Assembly (NCBI GenBank): GCA_965655095.1
Contig: OZ296650.1
Coordinates: 21,824,001 to 21,888,000 of the forward strand
Length of the DNA stretch: 64,000 bases
Reading direction: 5' to 3'
Source: Haplodiscus bocki
Taxonomy: Eukaryota
Below are positions 26,341 to 39,800 of the stretch, piece by piece. Numbering within the stretch: position 1 is the stretch's first letter; each line of letters starts with the position of its first letter. The notes under the pieces are model-generated. The model was not told the DNA's origin. It did not search any database and saw nothing but the letters and a program-made list of their open reading frames with translations. The position numbers were made by a program, and so were the translations under genes.

Positions 26341-27941
26341 TTACTCAATTTTTCGAGCGCGACGATAGGCAGCGCCGACTTTTTTTTAAACCTGTTCTCG
26401 GTTTGTTTTAAATTAAGAGGAGTCGTGTTAGAAAAAAGATCTTATGCTCTAAAATACGAAAACTATCACGTAAGAAAAGCTTCCTTTTTACTATTGAAGG
26501 CGAAAGATATTATAGGGAGGACACTGGCTATTTTTGAAACCTCACTGTAAGTTGCAAATTTGCTCAAGTTGCATGTCCGCTACTGTTGTGTCACGAACAT
26601 AAATAAGCATTTACTTAACATATAGTTCGCAAAAACAGTTCCCTTTCGTAATTTCAATTCGTATACTGCTATTTTTGGCTCATGCAAATTTTTGCTTTTT
26701 TCCCTTCAAAATCATTCAAAACTCAAAAAGCAGCCAAAAGCCATTCAAACTTTCGGTTGCAAATCTTGAAACGTCAAATTGACAGGCCGAAAACTTTAAA
26801 AAGCGCGCTTCATTTTGATTTTTCTCGATATTCAGACTCCTTTCTTATAACTACCTCCTGGATTTTTTAATCAAAGTCAGCTCCGACAATTTCATAGTTT
26901 TAGAGGAATATTCATAAATATTATCGCGGGTTTCTGGGCCTGGTATCGCAAAAATGATGGGCTAATTTTTGCCGAAAAATGCGATTTGTAATCATTTTTC
27001 TCAATTGTCCTCCAAACTCATTGTTCTCCAAATTACCGGCTACAATTTTAGATCAAGATCTTCATCGATAGTTTTCAATTCGTATGCTATTGTGTTTTCT
27101 TCCATTTGAAACCCGATAATGCCACAAAATGCAATTTGCATTTATTTTGTTGATGTTCAAAGTCTTTTTCTCCGAACCGCAGGCTGGTTTACCTCCATCA
27201 AATTCGTAATAGACTGTAACAACAATTTTAGTTCTCTTCAGTCACTTGAGAACGCAGAGAAACGCCAAAAAAGTTATTTACACTTTTGATATTTACAAAA
27301 GAGATTTCTCGTGCGTTGTTTCCTTGTTTTGTCTTGCAACAATTTCGCCAGAGGTGTCTAAATTTTTTTGAAGATACCAGGCCCCTTTTTACATATACCA
27401 TAAGTGTTTCGAACTATGAAATCACACAAAATTTGGGATAACTAACCCTATTTCTCGCTCGCATAAGCCAAAAATTTTCCATTATGTTGAATTTCCCATG
27501 GAGTGTAAAATTTAGATGCAAAGTTTGTGCCGGAACTTTTTGGCCATGAGGCAAAAAATTTGTGAAAAAAAATGCCATACTACGTGCTTTTAATGTATGA
27601 AACCTTGTGGTTACCAGTGCACAAGCAAGTGTTATGTTTTGAATTTCTTTCCGGTCCGTTCACAACTGACCTAAGATCCTAGATTTGACCAAAGAGGAGG
27701 GAGTGGCCTATGATCGAATCTGGGACCGTTCGTGCCGCAGTTGCATAATCTACCTGACTATGCCATTGTCGCCTGAGAATCAGTGTTTCTATTTAAGATA
27801 TGAAGCGAATGAAATACAGCGTTTCTTACTTGTGTATAAATAAATGTACAATAGTTAACTGAGTTTCTGTGCACTTGTTATCAGTAGTATTAGTAGTATC
27901 ATGTCCCTCCGATAATCAGTTATACTTATTCGATTTTTTCA

Positions 27942-28290
27942 CTAGTTTTCCGCTGGCGAAAGTGCTGCGAAGCACAGCTTTGCTTTTGTGTTAAAGTTGC
28001 CTACTGCGTGGTTTAGTGGGTAGGACACAAAGGCTCGAATTATTACATGGTGCGTTCGATTTTTAGCATTCGCGCACTTTATAAAACTATAAATTCCTCT
28101 ACTAATCTTTTAGGAAAACTTGGGTTCTACTTAGGTTCGCCAGAAATTTTCGGGTTAGGGAACTAACTATACCTAAAAATTTCGAAATAGTTAGGTTCCA
28201 AAAAATGGGTTAAAATTTTCTTTTTCGTACCTAATTTTTAAATAGCAAATGGTAAATTTTTTACCCCACCCTTCAGCATCCATGTTACCA
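27942..28290 (-). mobile_element. Helitron-like element end; far boundary uncertain
   Basis: The minus strand ends in hairpin GTGCTTCGCAGCAC, then about 16 nt, then CTAG|T (27942-27945). A similar hairpin + TTAG|T end lies at about 55392-55418. Confidence 0.45.
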
Positions 28291-28580
28291 GGATACCTTT
28301 TACTTATAACATTTGAGAAATTGAAAAAATTTCTGTAATAGCCGCTTGTTTGTTTGAAATGTCACCGTATGCCAAATGGTTATTGCTCTTGTTAAGATTT
28401 CGGACACTAAAGAGTTTGTGATACCTCCTTTACCGATTTTCCTCGAAACGAAAGGCATTAAAATGTTTTTTTCATTGTTTTTATGTGTTGAGTTATTGTA
28501 AATATTTCCAACATGCAAATGTTTAACTCCTTACATTGTTGTCGCTACATAACTTTAGAAACTGACTGTTTAGAAATTTC

Positions 28581-30857
28581 ATGAGAATAGACTTTTGGTT
28601 CATGTTTGATCAATTGTTTCAGAAAGTGTTTATGGAGTTCGACCCACATGCGAACCCATACTTCGTTAGCATGACACCTGGCGTTCTGGAACTTCTGTAT
28701 CAAGCAATTGAGAACAATCAGTGCACGTTTGTTGTTGAAGCCCTTCATTCCTACGTTACGAACCATGTTAACTGGTCACCTAACGACTTCAAAAAATCTG
28801 GCAGCTCTCCTCTTATTCATGCATGCCAGCACGGAAACTTAACTATTGCGCAATTTTTGATTGAAAAAATTGGAATACCTGTCAGTGATTGTGCTACTGT
28901 GAAGTTTGAAAATGAAGTTATTGAGGACGCGCCTCCGATTTGGGTGGCAAGTGCTGCAGGTCATATTGCATTGGTCAAGTACTTGTTGAACAGAGGTGCT
29001 GACGTCAATGCAGTTACCTCAACCAATTCAACGTCATTGAGAGCGGCTTGTTTTGACGGTCATTATGATATTGTTGAGTTTCTGATTAAGAATGGAGCCG
29101 ATATTGAGATTGCGAACCAGCACAACCATACTTGTCTCATGATTGCATGTTACAAGAAACATTTTGAGATTGTGCAATTGCTTGTCCGAAGCGGAGCTGA
29201 AGTTAACAGAAGAAGCCGTAAAGGTAACACGGCGTTGCATGACTGTGCTGAAGGTGGGAGTACTGAGATAATGAAGTTTTTGTTGGACAATGGAGCTTTG
29301 TTTCAAAAAGACGAATACGGGGTCTCGCCTTTGATGGCAGCAGCCGTTTCTGCCCACGCTTCCGTCGTTCGGTTCATCATGGACACTTACGTGACCCCAA
29401 TTTTTGATGAGTCTACCTTATCTCCTGATGACGACAGAGGAAGCCGTATTTCTCCGAGTGAACAAATTGATGTACTGGAAATGTTGGGATGTTCCATGAT
29501 TGATAAGAAACAAGATCTCATGGAAGGCTTGACGTGGTGGAAACGAGCAAGTCAAATGAGGTCTCTGTATTTCTCTGTTGGACTGGTTGCCCCAATTAAA
29601 CAGATAGCAGAACCTGTAAGCGACCTTGATGGAATTTCAGAATATCAGTCCATTGAAGACGTTGAAGAAATGATGAACGAGTTTGATGTGGATTATATCA
29701 AGATGCAAAGTCTTCTCGTTAGGCAGAGGTTACTGGGATTCAAGCATCCAGATACCACGTATTACATCAGATACAGAGGAGCAGTTCTCGCTGATATGGG
29801 TGACTACGCAAGGTGTTTGAAACTTTGGCGTTACGTTTTGCGCAATTTAGTCGAGAACTTGGACTCCTTATGTTGCAACATTTTACTATGTGCTATCCAA
29901 TCATACATTGAATTGTTTGGGTTTTTGTTACATATGCAAACCTTAGATAACATGCGGTCGAATATGCCACAATTGGCCGAGAGGTGTTTTATAGAAATTA
30001 GGGACGTCGTGTCCGTTCTAAGAGCTTGTGTATGTTTGTACAACTTCCACAAGTTATGGTCGCTCACCAATCCCCTTGATCAATTCATTGCATCTCAAAG
30101 TAAAACCGATTCAACATGCATGAAACTCATCTGCAAACTTGTAGTGTTTTTTGTGTTGCTCAGTTCCAAGGCTGCGTCCAAAGAAGGGAGTCGTCTGCTG
30201 GGACACACAGAAAGACATAGATCTGGCTCCGCATCTGGTTCTGGAAGAGATCTGAACGCCTTGAAAGACGAAGTTATCAATTTGTTGATCTCACTGATTA
30301 AGAACGATATCAGAGATCAAGATGGAAACAGTTTGTTACATATTGTTCTTCATCCTGACTGCTGTGGAGTAGAGAGACATCGTATAACGAAATACCCGTA
30401 CGTTGCAGCAGTTGATTTCTTGCTACGAATCTACAAATCATTATATATAAATATTGACTTGGAGAACAAGCGATATCTTTCTCCCCTTGCTAATTTTTAC
30501 AAACTCTATGAAAAGATTTGCAGCTGTGAGGAACTGCAGACTATTCTGAATCTGTTTGAAGATCATGGAGCTCACATCGACTTCGACTCAGAAACAAGAC
30601 CTGATTTTTCTCCGCTTGTTATTCACAATGAGAGAATGCTGAGTAATAATATCACAGTTGAGTTAGAGGAAGAGGAAAGACTTAAAATGAAAGAGGAAGG
30701 CGGAGAAGTGAGTTCGAAAAACAACACACCGCTCAAACCTAAGTATCCTCTGCGATGTCAGTCTTTGAAATGTTTGTCTGCGTGTGCAGTTCTGGAATAC
30801 GATTGTGATTATTCTTTCATGTGCGACCATCTCAAAAGATTCATCTTGAAGCATTAA
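28581..30857 (+). CDS. FEM1: Protein fem-1 homolog (ankyrin/TPR substrate receptor of CRL2 E3 ligase; FEM1A/C-like), single coding exon
   Basis: 758-aa ORF with FEM1 ankyrin signatures (EVIEDAPPIWVASAAGH, TNSTSLRAACFDGH, HTCLMIACYKKH, KGNTALHDCAEGG), MQSLLVRQRLLG.KHPDT.YYIRYRGAV.AD and a C-terminal SLKCLSACAV VHL/BC-box-like motif. The likely start is ATG 28632, just after the acceptor-like ttgtttcAG at 28621-28622. Confidence 0.95.
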   Translation: MRIDFWFMFDQLFQKVFMEFDPHANPYFVSMTPGVLELLYQAIENNQCTFVVEALHSYVTNHVNWSPNDFKKSGSSPLIHACQHGNLTIAQFLIEKIGIPVSDCATVKFENEVIEDAPPIWVASAAGHIALVKYLLNRGADVNAVTSTNSTSLRAACFDGHYDIVEFLIKNGADIEIANQHNHTCLMIACYKKHFEIVQLLVRSGAEVNRRSRKGNTALHDCAEGGSTEIMKFLLDNGALFQKDEYGVSPLMAAAVSAHASVVRFIMDTYVTPIFDESTLSPDDDRGSRISPSEQIDVLEMLGCSMIDKKQDLMEGLTWWKRASQMRSLYFSVGLVAPIKQIAEPVSDLDGISEYQSIEDVEEMMNEFDVDYIKMQSLLVRQRLLGFKHPDTTYYIRYRGAVLADMGDYARCLKLWRYVLRNLVENLDSLCCNILLCAIQSYIELFGFLLHMQTLDNMRSNMPQLAERCFIEIRDVVSVLRACVCLYNFHKLWSLTNPLDQFIASQSKTDSTCMKLICKLVVFFVLLSSKAASKEGSRLLGHTERHRSGSASGSGRDLNALKDEVINLLISLIKNDIRDQDGNSLLHIVLHPDCCGVERHRITKYPYVAAVDFLLRIYKSLYINIDLENKRYLSPLANFYKLYEKICSCEELQTILNLFEDHGAHIDFDSETRPDFSPLVIHNERMLSNNITVELEEEERLKMKEEGGEVSSKNNTPLKPKYPLRCQSLKCLSACAVLEYDCDYSFMCDHLKRFILKH

Positions 30858-32037
30858 CGACAGTGTGAACTTTTCACTAACATTTGGAATTGGTGTGGCT
30901 CGCAAGCAAGTTTCATGACTGCGAACTAAACCTGCTCGATTGAGAGCAACTCGGATGTTTCAACTGCGATTCGGAAATATTTGAATTGATATTGTAGCTT
31001 AAAATTAATTCATTCTACTACCTAAACTTTATACGATAAGCATATATTCATAAAAACCTTTTTCCTCGTTCATTAGGATGAATTCGAAACGTCTTATTCA
31101 GTTTATGATGCTACACTAAGCATGCACTGGAAAAGAAAAGCTCTTTCTTCATAACTTTCAGTTTTTCTAGTTTCACTGTCAGAAAAATTTTTGCTTCAGA
31201 ATATTTTAAATTTCAAGAATATGGTTCTGGATTGCATGAGGAGTATTTTAAACCTTCTTTCACAGTCTGACAGCAAACTTTCTTTACATTCTGACTTAAA
31301 GGAAGAATGTGAATAGAAACCGGTTTATAGTTATTTTTTATCCTGTCCAAAACTTGCAATTTTTAACGTCATCAGAGAGTCTAGTCATCTAGTGTAAACG
31401 GTCAAAATTGGCTTCATTTTGGCAGATACTTGTTCATTATTCGCGTTTTTTATTCTGCAGACTTCTTGAACATTGGACAGCAAAATAGCATTACCTCAAA
31501 AGACATCATTGACGTAACATTTTTTTTGGAAATGAGACTGTGACTTGTACTAGTTCATTTTCGCATGGTTTACTGTGCAAACCCTTTAAACATTGGGCAG
31601 CAAAAAGGTTTAACTTGAGGAGACAAGATTGGCATATCAATTTTTAAGCTGGCAAACCGCCAGCTTATTACGGTCGACCCGCGTTTTTTTGTATCATTCA
31701 TAACGCCCACAATCTGAAGGACGGTGGGATGAATCTGATGTCTTCCGCGTTTTTTGCAAATTTACTCCAAATTGGAATTCTCTGAACTTATTGACAATTT
31801 TTGCCGCGAAACCATGTTAGTGCGGAAAATTCAAGTCTTCGAAAATATCATCTTCGAATTTGAGCTAATTTTTCGATCGTTAAGAACAAAATATACTACT
31901 TTAGCTCGACTTTTGGCGTTTTTCTCGCGTTAAGTTTTTAAGGCGGAAATTGACAAAGTTAGAACCAACTAATAATATTCGGAATACTTAGCGATATTCT
32001 TCACCAAAACGAAAGATACCATAAAGTCAGTCTTTGA

Positions 32038-32180
32038 ATATAGCTTGTTTTTGCTGTACTTTCCGTAAATTGTGCTCTTGGCTAACTATCAATCTTTTCA
32101 ACTCAGCATATAGCTTGTTTTTGCTGTACTTTTCTAAATTTTGCTTTTTTGGCTAACTATCAATCTTTTCAACTAAGCAT
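32038..32180 (+). repeat. About 70-bp tandem duplication
   Basis: ATATAGCTTGTTTTTGCTGTACTTT...TTGGCTAACTATCAATCTTTTCAACT occurs twice in tandem. Confidence 0.9.
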
Positions 32181-33814
32181 ACAGCATAAATTAGTACAGA
32201 ACATTGAGTTTCGGAGAATTGTTCGTAATTTTGAAAGTCTCATTGAAAACAGCATTTTTAATGTTTCAAGTAGGCCGAAATTTAGCTATTTCCCGGATTT
32301 CGCCACGTGTTTCGCAAATCTGATTTCAATATAGACTTTTAGTTGCATGTCGCAGCTAATTTAGCTTTCAAAACTAATCTGTCAAAGAGCGCGCGTCTTC
32401 TTTTGGAATTTCGGGTCTTATTGATTAGCCGTGCGTTTGGCGCTATAAAGTGGGCCTCAATAGATAATATCGTGTTTTCCTTTTCAATTTGCGCACTGTT
32501 CCGTGCTTTTTCAGCCATCTTACCTCTAGCCGAAATTAATAGGACACCGAAGCACAAATATGGCTCAGTAGAGTAAACAGTTTCAAAGTTGTTCTTGGGG
32601 AAGTTTTCGTTGTTTTAAAGTAAACAAGGAAATCATTTTCTCGGTATTGGCGGAACTTTTGTTCTGATGCCTTCTAATTTTGCTTTTCAGTTGCGCAAAC
32701 AATTGAAACCAATACGAGAGGACGTATGTTTAACTTATGCATCAAGTATGAAACATTTTGTTGGAAAATGGTAGGTGTTAGGTGTTTTGATTGTTTTTTA
32801 ACCCTCAAAGTTTGCTAGCAGTACGATTTTTGCATAATTCTCATCGTTTGGCTTCCAAATTTTCTGTGTGACTACGGATACAGCCAAACTGAAGAGAAAA
32901 TGCTAAGTTTCTTGTGTTTTGTGACTTTCATCGGAGAAATGATAGACGAAATTTGCCAAAAAGTGCTCGCTGTAGTTATTTTTCAAGTCATTTTTCTCAA
33001 TAACTACTTGCTGGATTTCTTCAATCAAGGTCTCCATCGACAGTTTTTTGTGGGAAGTTTGTTGATGAAGGAAGTGAGAAGTACATTCCTTGCCTTGAAA
33101 ACCGGATAAGCTGAAAATGCCAAAAAGTTTGACTTGTAATGTTTTTTCTCGATTTTTAAAACTCATTTTTCTCTGAAACCACGGACAAGTTTCCTCCAAT
33201 GCGTCAATCGAAATATAAAATTTCACAATTGTGCCGCCTTTTTTTCCATGTATTTCGATATTGGGGCACCGCCAGTGGCCTTCATTACTTTTACCATTTG
33301 GCTTTCTTATTTTGAAGACGTACCAAAGAGTCACCTTACAATAATTCGGCACTGTGAAACATGAAGGGATGCCCACTTTTGGTAAATCATTTTGAATGGA
33401 GAAACCAAAGATTTCGGATAAAGCAAAAGGCCCCCAATAAAAATATTTTCAGCATTCAGGGTAGCGCACATTAAGGGTGTATCCGGCTCGCTGAATGATG
33501 AAGAAATCATCCAATTGAAATTTTATCAACCAAGTGAAAAGAAAATCAGTTTAGCCCATTTTCAGGTGAAATATGGACAACATATCTGCTGGTCTTCGGG
33601 CAGTTCAAGTTAGTTGTTTCCATGCATTAAGCTGTTAAGCTTAAGGCCTATAGATTTTACTTTTTCTGCAAATCCTTGTGACTGGTCGACTGAGCGATAA
33701 AGTGGAACTCTATAATTTCTTTCTGCTTTTTTACATTCATTCATTTATTTTATTTACTTTCCTCTCTTCCCCAGCTAGAGCGAGCGCTACTATTTGCTCT
33801 TCGATTTCAAGTAC

Positions 33815-36800
33815 ATGCAGGTATTTTATTCAAATTTTCTCGAATTTCAATTTAATTCACATCTAATTTTTCGATTTTTCAGAATTATCAGTCCGTTGTT
33901 GCCAGATTCGTTCAATTTTTTACTGGTCTAAATCCTTAACGCTTAATGCCTAGCATCGTTGATGCAGTTTTTTGAAAGATATTTAGCGACAGTTCGCGTC
34001 TCGAACCTAAAAGGGGAAGTTTCAAAATGAATTAAATTTTTGTCTCCTTGATTCAGCAAATTTTTAGGTCGTTATACTTCACTGTGTACGGAATGATATC
34101 TTAGTGCCCCGAAAACCCGTTCAAGCTCCATAGGTATTCCATTATTTTCGTTTTTTAGACTGCGTCGTCCTTGGACTTTGAGGTTCTAAAACTGCCTAAA
34201 GGATTCATCAAATTTGTAGAAATTGTGAGTGTCATTTTGAGACATTTCTTCAATCTTTTGAGTGCATATACAGAGCTTTCACTCGTGCTATTCTAGCTCC
34301 TCTGTCTTCTTGCCTTCTGCACACTGGCAGCCTACGATGCGAGAATCAAATTTGAGAAAAAATGTAGTCCAGAGAAAGTAGCTGAACGAACGTATACCTT
34401 TGACTACCCCTTCACGTAAGTTACTTCACCTATTGTCTTTTCAGGAGACGCGTGCAACTGGCCAAGCAATTCACTTTTTGTCGGCACTTTAATTATTACA
34501 AAATTGCCCGACTATATCTGTACTTTGTTAGGATGACAAATTCCTGGCTTCTCATTGATTTGATTTCCGTTTATACGTTGTTGTACTGTCATCCCTCGGT
34601 TGTCCATCTCTCGAATATCCGCCAACCTTGCCAATATGCCGTGATTGCTTTCTAACGGAAGTAAGTTACCGCAAAATTCGATTACATGCCTTAGACATTA
34701 TAATTACATTTTGGCGCTTCATTGTCGAAATAGATAATTGAATTCGAAACAGATCCCGGTTAACCGTCACCTTTTTCTATCATCAAATATATTTGCGCAA
34801 GAATTCTAGCAGAATATCGAGATAGTACTGTAAATGTCTTCGGAATGTATCATGATCATCATTACGTTTGTTTATGGACATCTTCCGGACTTCAGAGGTG
34901 CCTGTTGCCCACCCAGAACGGGTTTGGTGGGTATATTTTTATAAACGGAAAACAAGGGTATCGTGGAAGTAGTTGGGATCATGTGTAGATCGTGCCAGTG
35001 CAGGGCGACTGTGGACATGAGGATGCTTGCATGTCCTGGGTCGTACCTACCTAGCAAGGGCTTGATAATGAAAAGAATTAAAGTCTTGTAAGAATTGTTA
35101 ACATCGTTGGCTAAATCTGTAATGCACTTGGTTTTCAAATGGAGGTGTTTGAAAAACATAAGACTCCGATGGCTCAAACGCTGGGATCGGATGAGTTTCT
35201 GACCATTCTTGTCGAACAAACTATTTGTGCCTGTTAATGTCGGGAACCTTCCACGTTCCATTTGGAGGAGATTGACTAGCTTGTTGGAGCAGAGCGTAAC
35301 TTCTGTCCCTCCAGGGCATGAGATTGTAACAGCTTCTACAGAGAAAGTCCCGAACACAACTTAATCTCCTAATGCGCGTTCTTTTCGTTTCAAACAGTCT
35401 TGCTCTCTTTTTACACATGCTGAAATTAAATTCACATACTGAATGTGTATTAGAACGGGTTGCCGATGTTGTTTCTTGTTCGACACTTGCCGTTTTTGAC
35501 TTCATCAGAGAGTCTAGTGTAAACGGTCGAAAATGCCCTTTTTTACACAATCTGACTGAAAGGAAGAATATGCATTGGAAACCGGCTTTTGCATAGTTTT
35601 TTATCTTGTCCAAAACTTGCATTTTATGACGTTATCAGAGAGTCTAGTGATCTAGTTGAAACGGTCAAAAACTATCCTTTTGAAACATCTTGGCAGATAC
35701 TTTTTTTCGCGTTCTGAAAATTGCAAATTTTTTGAACATTGGTTTAAAAAATTAATGAAAGTGTTCTAAAATTAATGTTTCACGTAATGTTTTGAATATC
35801 AGACAGTGTGGAAAGTGCAATAGGTGTCCCCAAAAAAAACGTTACTTGTAAAAATTTCGAGTTATCAGATTCAAAGTGGTTAATATTTGCAAACAAGACA
35901 TCGGAGTTTTTTTCAAGTCGGCACATACCGCTTGTCAATCATCAAAATTAACACAAGCCCTGAATCTCAAACTGTGAGAATTTAGATTCAGATTGCGAGT
36001 TGTTTTCACTTATTTGACCAGAATTATGCAACTTTCTTTTTGATGTGTCAACTAAGAGTCACAAACAAGTCTTCATAATTGACAAATGAGATGAAAAATT
36101 TTTCAAGCGGTTTTAACGTCCTGTTGACTAATAATAGCCATTTTGAGAGCTATAAATTTTATACAGGTAATTTTCGGGACACTTCGGTAATTTAATTTTT
36201 TGCTTTGTTTACTCTGTAAACCTTTTCAAACATTGGGCTACAAATTTGCGATTCGCGAAAGACATGATTACAAGATCAAGCTTTTGACTATTAAACACTG
36301 TGTCACTTACTTGTCTTAATTGGATGTTTTGGAACAAACTTTTGATAGACGGATGGTGTAGTATTTCTAAAAATCTCAATTATGTCTCCGGTCAAGGTTC
36401 AAATGTCTCTCAGGACCTTCAACCTGTCAACTTCATCTTTGATTCTGACTGACAAGTCAATGTGTTGCGAAGTTTCGCGTCGCTTCTGTGTTGACATATT
36501 TCGAAGGTAGTAGTTATTTGCGCATTCTAAACTATGGGCGTTTCTTGAACATATGACTGTAAAAAGGCATGATTGCCAGGTCATGTTTTTGAACTTCCTT
36601 CTATGTCATCCTAAATAGCTGATATTATTCAACATGACTGCAAATTTGTTTTGAAGTAATCCCATCTTTCCTTTCAATCATCAGGATTGACAAATCTAGG
36701 TCTCATGAAAGTAAAAGTTGCATGACAATTTCAGTTTCATATAATGAAAGTTGTATCGACTTTTACCGACATGATGCACCTTTTATTTTAATTTTGAAGC

Positions 36801-39800
36801 AAGTTTCATAATTTCGAATGATTCACAAGCAAAGAAGTTTCTGAAGCATTTTCAAATCCATGTGTTTAAAAGAAATTTTGACGGCGCTAATTTGAATGCG
36901 TTTATGGTTGTGTTTAGGTGTTATCTAGCAAACTAATTTTTCGGTATTCGAACAAGCGCTTGATTAACAGTTGCTCTCGTATCGCTCTAAAAGTCAATTA
37001 CATCTGCTATCGTTGTATGAAGTAATTTTCAGGATCTCCCTTTGTTTTCAATACATTTTTCAATTTCGGGTTTGGTGTTTTGTGGTCAGCCTCTTCTTCG
37101 CCAATGTTGACTTTTTCTTAATGAATTTTCTTGATGAAGGTATCCAAAACACAAAGGCTCCTCTATAGGTATTTCGAGCCACGTGGGCTGTGACGACTTT
37201 AACCCTTCCCGGTTTGTTCCGTTGCTAAATTTTCTAATGAAGGAATTTGCTAAAAATGAAACTAAAAGCAGTTGTTCATGTTTATGCAAATGCAGTCATG
37301 TTCATCAGTTAAGTCAAGGTGTTAGTTAGTGTTGCGGAGCGAAATATATAAACGATAGAAGTATTTACGTTTACAAGAAGCGATTGTCTAGAGGTACAGT
37401 GTCGGTCTGAGGTTCGAAGGTCAGCGTTTCGTTTCCCGCTAAAAGCAAAAGGGTTTCCATTTCTTAAGATCTCAAATATCTTCAGATTTTCGATATAATA
37501 CCGCTGAAAAAGTCTTGCTATCGATTGAAATGAATTGTTAACTGATTTTTGTTAATTGTATTGTTTTGCCAGTTTGCTGGTTTTTGCTGCGTTGTTTTGA
37601 ATTTTTTTTGGCCGAGAATCGTGACAAAACAGAGAAATGTCTTATTCTGAATCCGTATTTCGAAGCACACGAGGTCTTTAAAGCCAAAATCACAGCTTTT
37701 TATGCTAGCCATGGAGAGGTCTATCTCTGTATAAGAAGATCTTTTCAGAGTCCCCCAATATTTTGTCTGAATGAAATATTCCACCTGTGAGAGCCAAAAG
37801 TCTGCTTCCTTGTATGCTAAACATTTTATCCTAAAGAGCCTTATTGTTAATTGTAAACTGAAGCTTCCCCAGTCGTGGACGCTTCGAGTACGCAGTTCAG
37901 ATTCTCTTCGGAAGAAATTCACGGTATTTATTCAACAACCCTGATTTCAACCACCCCAGACGCCCCACCTCTCGAGCGTCTCCTTCTATCAAACATCGGC
38001 TATAAGCGACTTGCCCCCGTGGACGAACACTTGGCGACACCTCGACCTTCTCGACAAGCAGCTTCTGAGAACGAACTGGAATCTGTCACAACTTCAGCAG
38101 CCTTTCTCAAATCCAAAGATTTGCCTTATGCGAATATCAGACAAGCTAACAGTCTCTTGGCCAGTGGTGCATTCAGAGGATCCGGAGATGAAATCTTCAC
38201 CTCATCATGATTTTAAGAAAGAAAGGCGTCTGGCGAACCGTTCGTCTGGAGCTGCGCCAGATCATGAAAGAATTTCCTATTCATCGTCATCAGAAAGAGT
38301 CAGCGGTCGCAATAGAACGATTTTCAAAACATCAAGTGCTGTTTTGATAAAACTTGAACTCAATATCTTTGGTGTCTTAAATTTTGACTCTTCGATTGCA
38401 AAACCTTTAGCTCTTTCTCGAGAATTTTTCTGAAAAATCCGCGTTTTCGTTTTCACTCCCCATGATAGTTTCTCAATATCCTGTTGGTTAGTCTAAAGCC
38501 CCGATTCCTTTGGTTATTCGATTCTGCTGTTCAGCTGTTGAAAAGAGTGTTTATTTTTTTATGAAACACGTTTTCGCAAAAAAAACATTGGAAAAATTGT
38601 GAGAAATTTCCATGGTTCACATCATCGCCTCAAGTTCTGTTCATCATGTGATAGATACCTGAAGCCCTTAACAACAATCGAAGTCTAGAATAAAGTTTAC
38701 TCCATCTCGGGCCCGAGTCCTAATCCTTATGCGAAAAATCCGAGTAATTTTGTGCAAAATCTGCTTTCAAAAGATCTAAAAGTTAAAGCCGAGATTGTGT
38801 CGGATAAGAGCCTTTGCAGATATAAAAGTAATAATTACAGATCTTTATCAGTACCGGATCTGGTAAACGTGTTGCAATGTTTTCACAAACGCAGTGCTCT
38901 TGTGTATTACCAGCGTAACCGTAGGCCCGATATATTTGAGTTAGTTCTAGAATTTGAAAAAGATAAATTTATTGAATTGCTCAGCATTGTACAAGGTTTT
39001 TTTCCTAGAAAGCAGAATAATTCCGATCTTTTAAACCAGTTTAAGTAGTTACACAAGTGCCCTTGGTTGAAATGAAGAACATCAATTATTTTCTTGCTCA
39101 AAAAAAGTGATCTTTACTCAATTACCGATGAAAGCCGACCCGAACGACTTTGTAAGCGTGCCAGGGACGCTCAAAGGATGACGAGCGCCGCTTCACTTGC
39201 GTAAACCCCCCTCTTTTCCGCGTTTGCGTCCAGACTTCATTCAGTGATTGATTTTTCAACAGCTTCACCCTTCTTGTCACGGTTGCGTCCAGATTTGTTT
39301 GTCAGGCTCATACCTTGAGAGGTAGTCCGCCTGCTTTCTCTTCGCCCTACTATTAGTTTCCAGAGTTCGCTGACTGGTTGAAGTCCTTGGGTTTTGGAAG
39401 AATTTCTGTTTACGTAACGCCGTGTTCGAAAGTCCCGTGGTAGATCGCAACTACTGACAAAGCCAAAATAAAAATTTTTTCGGTCGTTTTCCCGCCTTCA
39501 ACTTACCCTAAAACTTGAGAAATATTCAAAAACCGGCGCTCAGTTTAAAAATGGCTGATTCAGAACCCGAAATAGTAAAAAAAACTTTTAAAGTTTTGCT
39601 GAGGCGGAAGTAGAGCTGAAAAAGTACGAACAACAGCTTATGGAAACAGTAGATAACGCAGGAAGGAAGGTACGAGTTGAACGCTTGTCTAATACTTGTG
39701 ATGAGGCAATGACCAAATGATTTATCAAGCAAGAACACCTCTACCATTTCGCAGATAGAAATACACATCCATCAGCATTGAAGTTTGATTTGAAAAGGTG

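Noticed and set aside
28581-30857. Intronless FEM1 as a retrogene novelty
   Set aside because: FEM1-family genes are commonly intron-poor, so this is not unusual.
34872-35622. ORFs of 133-161 aa on the minus strand (also 32903-33376 and 63185-63947)
   Set aside because: No recognisable domain; partly overlap repeats and are probably decayed TE cargo; cannot support a gene call.
37703-37720. Assigning the PBS to a specific tRNA
   Set aside because: TGCTAGCCATGGAGAGG is degenerate; an Arg-type primer is conceivable but cannot be verified without the host tRNA set.
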